Assembly: GCF_007748075.1 (NCBI RefSeq)
Contig: NZ_CP036280.1
Span: 1,740,001 to 1,772,000, forward strand
Direction: 5' to 3'
Length of the DNA stretch: 32,000 nucleotides
Source of the DNA: Mucisphaera calidilacus
Lineage (GTDB): Bacteria > Planctomycetota > Phycisphaerae > Phycisphaerales > Phycisphaeraceae
The translations under genes and the position numbers were made by a program. Below are positions 26,849 through 32,000 of the stretch, piece by piece. How positions within the stretch are numbered: position 1 is the first letter of the stretch; every line of letters begins with the position of its first letter. The notes under the pieces were generated by a model. The model was not told the origin of the DNA and did not search any database. It saw only the letters and a list, made by a program, of their open reading frames with translations.

Positions 26849-28384
26849 TCAGCAGTGCGATAAACCACGACGACCGGTCAACACGACCAGCATCGACACA
26901 ACCGAGGCCGCAGCCGGCTCCGGTACCAAAGATTCAAACCCGAATGATGAGGCGAGCGTGCTGAGGTCCAGCAGGTCCGCGACGCCATCACCATTGAAAT
27001 CACCACTCGACCATCCCGCAGCATCCTCGAACGATGCCGCGAGGGCCGAAAGATCAAGCAGATCGACGCGACGGTCGAGGTTCGCGTCACCGAAGGCCGT
27101 GTTCAGCACTTCCTCGACCAGCATGGTCAGGTCAGCCGCATCGGCTTGCCCGTCGCCGTCCAGGTCGAACGAATCGTCGCCCAGATTGGACATCAGCAGA
27201 TCGATATCGGATGCGTCGACAACCCCGTCGCCGTTGTAATCACCCGGGATGAAGGGATTGGCGGCGTAATCCACGAGCATCTGGCCCAGCCGGCGGTTAA
27301 GACTCTCATCGAAACCCCCGCTGATGTTCGAAGTCCGGGCGGGGTCGATATGGAACTCGCTGTTGTAAGACCCGGGCATACCCCACTGCCAGACGTGGAG
27401 GCTCTCGATCACGTCGCCATAGCCGTCCAGCGCCCTGAGCAGGCCGCGGAAGCCTTTGAGTTGCTCGTCGAGGTCAACGGTGTGCCCCTCCGAAGCGATG
27501 GCGATCCCACGATTAAAGGGTGTGGCACCGTACTCCGTGAACTTCACGGGCAACCCATCACCCCCCTGCCGGGCCTGTGCAAACGGCAGGATGATCGTGT
27601 CGATCAACTCGGTCCAGCGCGAAACAACCAGGCCCTCGAAGTCGCCCGAGTCCGAGTTGTCTGCCTCTTCGGGCGTGACCACGCGGAAGTAAGCATCGAT
27701 GCCTACGAAATCTACCGCCGGATGATCCCAAACGGTCGCGGTCAGGTTGCTGTTCGTGAAGTTGTCCCAGTTCGCGGCGTAGCCGATCTGGCCGCTGAAG
27801 ACCGCATCGACCTGATCAATCAGGCTCGTGAGATCGGTGTTGTGGCCGGAGTCCTGAACCAGCGTTTTCAGCTCGGTCCCGATTGTCATCGCGTCGACGC
27901 CGTAGGTCTCGGCCATCTCCGCAACATCGACGACATAGGTGGTGTAATCATCCCAGAATGTTTCGGCCTCGTTCGACCCCGGCGTCGGGTTGTAAAACCC
28001 GCGCCAGGTGGAGAAGTTCTCCAGCTCGACGAAGGGGTTGACCGTCACGGTCATGCCGAGGCTGGTTGCCCTGGCAACCGCCGCCTCGACGTGTTCAAGA
28101 TCAGGCGCTCGCTGTGAACTCGACGCGATCTGCCCCGTGCCCGGCGTGACGAACCGGAGCGGGCTGAGCGACACCTCGCGAAGCCCGTAGTCGTACATGC
28201 GCTGGACCTCATTGGCCCAGACCGTGGGCCCGTCCCAGCCGTAGTTCCACCAGGAGACCGTGTTGAACCCCAGTCCCGGGTCGTGACCCGGTTCGTAGGT
28301 GAGGTTCGCCCACCCGTCGGCGCTCAGCCCAAGGCTGAGCACCGACATGAGGATCAGGCGGGTTGGTAGGTGTGTGGCGGACAC
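26849..28384 (-). CDS. Secreted clan GH-A glycoside hydrolase (GH113-like, beta-mannanase family candidate) + four dockerin-like repeats + PEP-CTERM anchor
   Basis: Catalytic-domain pattern MTVTVNPFVEL...WRG...FWDDYTTYVVDVAEMAETYGVDAMTIGTELK...GQIGYAANWDNF...VWDHPAVDFVGIDAYF...VKFTEYGATP matches my recollection of GH113-like enzymes (IGTEL acid/base, TE-x-G nucleophile). Dockerin-like GDYNGDGVVDASDIDLLMSNLG, DLDGDGQADAADLTMLV, GDANLDRRVDLLDLSALAASFE and GDFNGDGVADLLDLSTLASSFG (26939-27244). PEP-CTERM VPEPAAASVVSMLVVLTGRRG. Confidence 0.75.
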   Translation of the reverse strand: MSATHLPTRLILMSVLSLGLSADGWANLTYEPGHDPGLGFNTVSWWNYGWDGPTVWANEVQRMYDYGLREVSLSPLRFVTPGTGQIASSSQRAPDLEHVEAAVARATSLGMTVTVNPFVELENFSTWRGFYNPTPGSNEAETFWDDYTTYVVDVAEMAETYGVDAMTIGTELKTLVQDSGHNTDLTSLIDQVDAVFSGQIGYAANWDNFTNSNLTATVWDHPAVDFVGIDAYFRVVTPEEADNSDSGDFEGLVVSRWTELIDTIILPFAQARQGGDGLPVKFTEYGATPFNRGIAIASEGHTVDLDEQLKGFRGLLRALDGYGDVIESLHVWQWGMPGSYNSEFHIDPARTSNISGGFDESLNRRLGQMLVDYAANPFIPGDYNGDGVVDASDIDLLMSNLGDDSFDLDGDGQADAADLTMLVEEVLNTAFGDANLDRRVDLLDLSALAASFEDAAGWSSGDFNGDGVADLLDLSTLASSFGFESLVPEPAAASVVSMLVVLTGRRGLSHC

Positions 28385-28438
28385 TTGCGTTTCCTGGTTA
28401 CAGAGTCTGCGAGATACACGTCTGGAGAACTCGGAGCC

Positions 28439-29329
28439 TTAGCGATCTTTGTCGTAGAAGTATGCGTTCGTGTTGTTGGTGGCGGAAGTAAATTGGCCCC
28501 ATGAATCCCGGTTCTGCCAGCTGACCGAACCATCGCGGTAGCCCATGTAGATGCCGTCAGGCGTGTAGGTATCCTGAACTCGGCCCCAGTCGATCTTACG
28601 CGTGACACCTACCTTAAATGGCGAATCCTCACCATCGGCACCTCGGTAAACAGCCTCATTCGAGCCGTTGAGGTGAGGCAGATCGCTGCCCCAACTCGCC
28701 CCGGTAATGTGGTGGTAGCAGGTGGCGACGACTTCACTGTCGGCGTAATCATCAAGCGTGCTGGGGAAGTAGAAGTACTTGTCGGTCTCCTCAACATCAA
28801 CCATTGCACCGCCGCCGGGCGTGGTTCCGTCAACGAGCGTGCGATAGAGACCGCCGTAGACTGCCCAGCGAATCCACTGAAGATTCCGCGTCGAGTCGGC
28901 AGTCAGGTTGGTTCGCCCCTCGTCAATCTGGGCCTGCTCATCAAAATCGACATCCTCGAGTTCCCCATAGCTGTTACAGCCAAACGAGGAAGGAGTGAGG
29001 CCGTAACTGTTCAGCAATTCCTGGGCGAGGTCGTAGCGGTACCAGCCGGTCATCCCGGCACGACGTTCGATATTCGGATCCGCATCAATATCACCGAACG
29101 TCCCCGCCGGGTGAGGCAGGCGACCTTTATTGTCCACCGCCCAAGCCGTGTTGGCGATAACGAACTGCCTCAGACCGCTTGAGTCCGCCATCCGCCTGGC
29201 TGTCAGCCGCGCTGCACCCAGAGCGGGCAGCAGGATGCCGATGAGCAGGGCGATGATCGAGATCACCACCAACAGTTCGATGAGGGTAAAACCGATGCGT
29301 CGTGTCGTGCGTGCCATAGTCGTATCCAA
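28439..29329 (-). CDS. Pseudopilin-like protein with a prepilin-type N-terminal cleavage/methylation motif and a DGS-type C-terminal motif
   Basis: [38 protein letters not shown]-terminal PDGIYMGYRDGSVSWQN corresponds to the ...DGS segment of H-X9-DG proteins. AAGGA lies upstream of the ATG. Confidence 0.85.
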   Translation of the reverse strand: MDTTMARTTRRIGFTLIELLVVISIIALLIGILLPALGAARLTARRMADSSGLRQFVIANTAWAVDNKGRLPHPAGTFGDIDADPNIERRAGMTGWYRYDLAQELLNSYGLTPSSFGCNSYGELEDVDFDEQAQIDEGRTNLTADSTRNLQWIRWAVYGGLYRTLVDGTTPGGGAMVDVEETDKYFYFPSTLDDYADSEVVATCYHHITGASWGSDLPHLNGSNEAVYRGADGEDSPFKVGVTRKIDWGRVQDTYTPDGIYMGYRDGSVSWQNRDSWGQFTSATNNTNAYFYDKDR

Positions 29330-29424
29330 TCCTTATTCAGGGAGAGGCGTGCAGGGGATATCCAAGGGCCCGGGCCGGCGCTAACCGGCCGGGGCAAAAC
29401 GTGTCGTTAGGATGTCAGCCGGTA

Positions 29425-30099
29425 TCAACGGCGGCGAAGCAGAGCCAGACCACCCAGGCCCAGGAGGCCGAGGCTGGCAGGCTCCGGAACGATACGGACG
29501 TTGTCGAGATACATCGTCATCGGGGCGCGGCCCCAGTCACCATTCACGCCGAGCGTCAGGCGATAAAAACCGCTGGCCGGGTCAGCCACAAACGTGCTGA
29601 GCGGCTCCTGTACGGTGATCGTCACCGGACCACCTGCCAGATCATCCGGGAGACCGACGACGGCCACGCCATCGATCTGACGGAAGTCCGGGCCCTGAAG
29701 CGAGAACGAATTATTCAGGAACGTGCCGCCCGGGATCGTCGCGGGGTCGTAGGTGATGTCGTAAGCGATCGCGAGGCTGCCGGGACGGGCCGCCTCCTGC
29801 GCCAGAACCGCCGCCATCGCGTCAAAGAACTCGGGGTTCTTGGGGGTATCGCCACGGAAACCCTCGATGGTCGCGGTCCAGCTGAATCCGCTGATATCAA
29901 CCGTCACGGCCAGGCTCTGAGCACCTTCGGTCGCGTTCAGCGGTGAGACCGCGATCGAGCCGGGGGCGTTCCAGCCGGTGTATTCCCAGCCCTCGACGCC
30001 GTCCTCAAACGAGAACAGCAGCATGTCCGCCGACGCCGAGACCGTCAGTCCCGCGACCGCGATTGCGGCCAGTGCCATTACGTTTCTTTCTCCAAACAT
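29425..30099 (-). CDS. Secreted PEP-CTERM-anchored CBM-like protein
   Basis: I place the start at ATG complement 30097-30099, preceded by the strong Shine-Dalgarno GAAGGAGGA, not at track start 30180. Signal peptide MFGERNVMALAAIAVAGLTVSASA. LLFSFEDGVEGWEYTGW...ATEGAQSLAV...MYLDNVRI is a CBM-like jelly-roll pattern. PEP-CTERM VPEPASLGLLGLGGLALLRRR. Confidence 0.85.
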   Translation of the reverse strand: MFGERNVMALAAIAVAGLTVSASADMLLFSFEDGVEGWEYTGWNAPGSIAVSPLNATEGAQSLAVTVDISGFSWTATIEGFRGDTPKNPEFFDAMAAVLAQEAARPGSLAIAYDITYDPATIPGGTFLNNSFSLQGPDFRQIDGVAVVGLPDDLAGGPVTITVQEPLSTFVADPASGFYRLTLGVNGDWGRAPMTMYLDNVRIVPEPASLGLLGLGGLALLRRR

Positions 30100-30195
30100 G
30101 TGATCCTCCTTCATGGATTGGTGGCCCAAGACAGGCCTGTGACTCTGTGAAACGTGCATGAATCTATCCGAGAGCAACACGCTCCCGGCTCCTTG

Positions 30196-31233
30196 TCATG
30201 GTTGGACGGGGGGCGGCCCGACGCTGAGCGAAGGCTCGATCGCGTAGGCGACCGCGCGCGGCGAACGTGTCGCCATCCCCTGGGTAATCTCGGCGTGGAG
30301 TACCTCCACCGCCGCCTGCCCCACCTGTGCAAAGGGCGTGATCAACGTCGTCACGGGAAGCCCCGTGTGGTTGCGCATCATGTCCGACCCGAAACAGATC
30401 AGCGACAGGTCCTCCGGAATCCGCAGCCCCAGGCTCGTCGCTGCATTCCAGATCGCGATCGTCTCGTGGCGCTCGTAGCAGATGATCGCCGTGGGCCGAT
30501 CCGGCCCCTCCAGCAGAGCGCGGGCCTTGGCCGGAGCCTCACCGGTCACGAAGCCGTCCGAGATCTCGGTCTCGAAGGGATCGAACCCGGCCTCCTGAAC
30601 CGCTGAGATAAAGCCGTCGCAGCGATCATGAACCGAGTAGTGGATATAGCCGTCCGCCGCGTGATAGCTAACGTAGGCGATCTTCTGATGCCCTTGCTCC
30701 AGCAGGTGCTGGGCAGCTAGACGGCCGCCCGCGAAGTCGTTCGGATAGACACAGTTATGTGCTTTTTTGGCATTGAGCCAGACATACGGGATGCTCAGGT
30801 CACGGATGCGCTGGAGCGTCGTGTCGGGCATCTCGTAGAGGTACTCGATCAGCAGGCCATCCACGGTGTACTCGTTAAGGACCTGCGGGATCGATTCCGC
30901 GTCCTCGAACCCCTGCATCGGCAGCTCGCACATCAGCAGCCGATCGCCGGTCTCAGCCAGGCCGCGCTGGATGCCGTGCAGCAAGGAGACCTCGAAGATG
31001 TCGGCACCCGGCTCCGAGCAGCTCAGGAAGCCGATGCAGCCGAAACGCCCGGTCCGCACTGTTCGTGCCGCCTGATTGGGCCTGTAGCCATGATCGATGG
31101 CGATCTGGCGGATCAACTGACTCCGCTTCACGGCAGACGGGCGATTTTCCTTGTTCTTCCCGTTGAGCACACGCGAGACCGTCCCCGCGGAAACACCGGC
31201 CTTTTCTGCGATCTGTGCAATCGTGATGCTCAT
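30196..31233 (-). CDS. LacI-family transcriptional regulator
   Basis: N-terminal HTH MSITIAQIAEKAGVSAGTVSRVLNG...IRQIAIDHGYRPNQAAR, followed by a periplasmic-binding-protein-type sugar-binding domain (IGFLS...). Confidence 0.9.
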   Translation of the reverse strand: MSITIAQIAEKAGVSAGTVSRVLNGKNKENRPSAVKRSQLIRQIAIDHGYRPNQAARTVRTGRFGCIGFLSCSEPGADIFEVSLLHGIQRGLAETGDRLLMCELPMQGFEDAESIPQVLNEYTVDGLLIEYLYEMPDTTLQRIRDLSIPYVWLNAKKAHNCVYPNDFAGGRLAAQHLLEQGHQKIAYVSYHAADGYIHYSVHDRCDGFISAVQEAGFDPFETEISDGFVTGEAPAKARALLEGPDRPTAIICYERHETIAIWNAATSLGLRIPEDLSLICFGSDMMRNHTGLPVTTLITPFAQVGQAAVEVLHAEITQGMATRSPRAVAYAIEPSLSVGPPPVQP

Positions 31234-31297
31234 GGGAATGACTCGATCCGAATGACTTGAAGCGACCTGCTGGTTCCCGCCTGCCGGCGGTACTTTT

Positions 31298-31311
31298 TGA
31301 AAACGTTTCTA
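31298..31311. promoter_or_regulatory. Candidate LacI-type operator in the divergent LacI/GH130 intergenic region
   Basis: TGAAAACGTTTCTA is centred on CG with a perfect AAACGTTT core. It is close to the generic LacI-family pattern TGnAAnCGnTTnCA. Confidence 0.4.
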
Positions 31312-31452
31312 TTTTGAATCACGGAACCACTTCTGTCAAGGCCATGCACCAAGAATATTCGCCATAAACGCTACAATTATAGATATTCTGAGCCACATTC
31401 CGCGTCCCGGTGCGCAGAATAACGAATATGACGCCTTAATCATCGATAACGA

Positions 31453-31480
31453 TTGCAATTTCTCCCCTCTATGATAATCT
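31453..31480 (+). promoter_or_regulatory. Sigma70-like promoter candidate for the GH130 gene
   Basis: TTGCAA (31453-31458), a 16-nt spacer, then TAATCT (31475-31480), about 80 nt upstream of ATG 31563 in an AT-rich stretch. Confidence 0.3.
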
Positions 31481-31562
31481 CTTCATGGCAGACGACCGTT
31501 CGGACGGCATCCGCAGAATCCGTCTCTTGGCCAACAGGCTTCTTATTTAAACGAGTATCCCC

Positions 31563-32000
31563 ATGACGAATCTCGCAACCCCACCCCTCACCCCTTCGAA
31601 CGCCGCGGCACCGATCCCCTGGGAAGACCGCCCCGCCGTGTCCACTGAGGTCCTCTGGCGGTACTCCGCCAACCCCGTCATCCCACGCGACCTCATCCCG
31701 ACCTCCAACAGCATCTTTAACAGTGCCGTCGTGCGTTACGGCGACGCCTTCGCCGGCGTCTTCCGCGCCGACAGCAACACGCGCAAGATGCAACTCCACG
31801 CCGGACGCTCCGCCGATGCGGTCAACTGGGAACTCGACCACGAGCCGATAAGTTTTCTCTGCGACGACGACGAGGTCGGTAACTTTGTCTACGGCTACGA
31901 CCCCCGCGTCGTCTGGATCGAGGACCGCTACTGGATCACATGGTGCAACGGCTACCACGGCCCCACCATCGGCGTCGGCTACACCCACGACTTCAAGACC
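31563..32000 (+). CDS. 5' part of a GH130-family beta-mannoside phosphorylase/glycosidase gene; it runs off the window end and is absent from the ORF track
   Basis: Manual translation from ATG 31563 is open to base 32000: [148 protein letters not shown]-x-x-x-NPVI ... IFNSAVV ... GVFR ... S-x-D-x-x-x-W ... YDPRV ... GPT-x-G ... T-x-DF is the GH130 N-terminal propeller pattern as I recall it. Confidence 0.7.
   Translation, partial: MTNLATPPLTPSNAAAPIPWEDRPAVSTEVLWRYSANPVIPRDLIPTSNSIFNSAVVRYGDAFAGVFRADSNTRKMQLHAGRSADAVNWELDHEPISFLCDDDEVGNFVYGYDPRVVWIEDRYWITWCNGYHGPTIGVGYTHDFKT

Noticed and set aside
29330-29424. GC-rich hairpin ggccgg-cgctaa-ccggcc between the PEP-CTERM gene and the pseudopilin-like gene as a terminator
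   Set aside because: It has only a 6-bp stem and no U-run on the transcribed (minus) strand. The genes are more likely co-transcribed.
31440-31988. 182-aa minus-strand ORF, the only ORF in the track at the right edge of the window
   Set aside because: It is antisense to a plus-strand frame that is open from ATG 31563 to the window end and has clear GH130 motifs. The real gene is missing from the track only because it has no stop inside the window.
1-32000. CRISPR arrays, tRNA/rRNA genes, defence or toxin-antitoxin cassettes, prophage genes
   Set aside because: Reading both strands showed no regularly spaced direct repeats, no tRNA-like T-arm/acceptor patterns in the intergenic regions, and no ORF with nuclease, toxin or phage hallmark motifs. 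tRNAscan-SE or Infernal would be needed to make this definitive.

Overview
High-GC window (by eye over 60% GC, with short AT-rich intergenic islands). PEP-CTERM anchors together with H-X9-DG/DUF1559-type pseudopilin-like genes suggest a PVC-superphylum bacterium, probably Planctomycetota/Phycisphaerae (inference). The window holds two polysaccharide-utilisation-type clusters separated by a transporter/housekeeping block. Cluster A (431-9250) has an AraC regulator flanked by two paralogous PEP-CTERM proteins, then a pseudopilin-like gene, a GH2 and a GH43. The middle block (9833-21016) has an Opp/Dpp-family ABC importer compressed into three genes (binding protein fused to permease, second permease, double ATPase), a Kef-type antiporter, an internally deleted IS3-family element, an AraR-like chimeric regulator and a PfkB sugar kinase. 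Cluster B (21097-32000) has a LacI regulator, a PEP-CTERM CBM-like protein, a pseudopilin-like gene, a GH113-like enzyme and a CBM protein that both carry dockerin-like repeats plus PEP-CTERM, a 1019-aa GH5-like enzyme, a decayed pseudopilin-like gene, and a divergent GH130 phosphorylase cut by the window edge. I saw no rRNA, tRNA or CRISPR array. The best candidates for something undescribed are (1) the gene order regulator -> PEP-CTERM lectin-like protein -> pseudopilin-like protein -> glycoside hydrolases, present twice; (2) dockerin-like repeats fused directly to PEP-CTERM anchors with no cohesin in view; and (3) the binding-protein-to-permease fusion with an extra linker helix in an Opp/Dpp-type transporter inside a glycan locus. 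All family calls rest on motifs read by eye, because no searches could be run.
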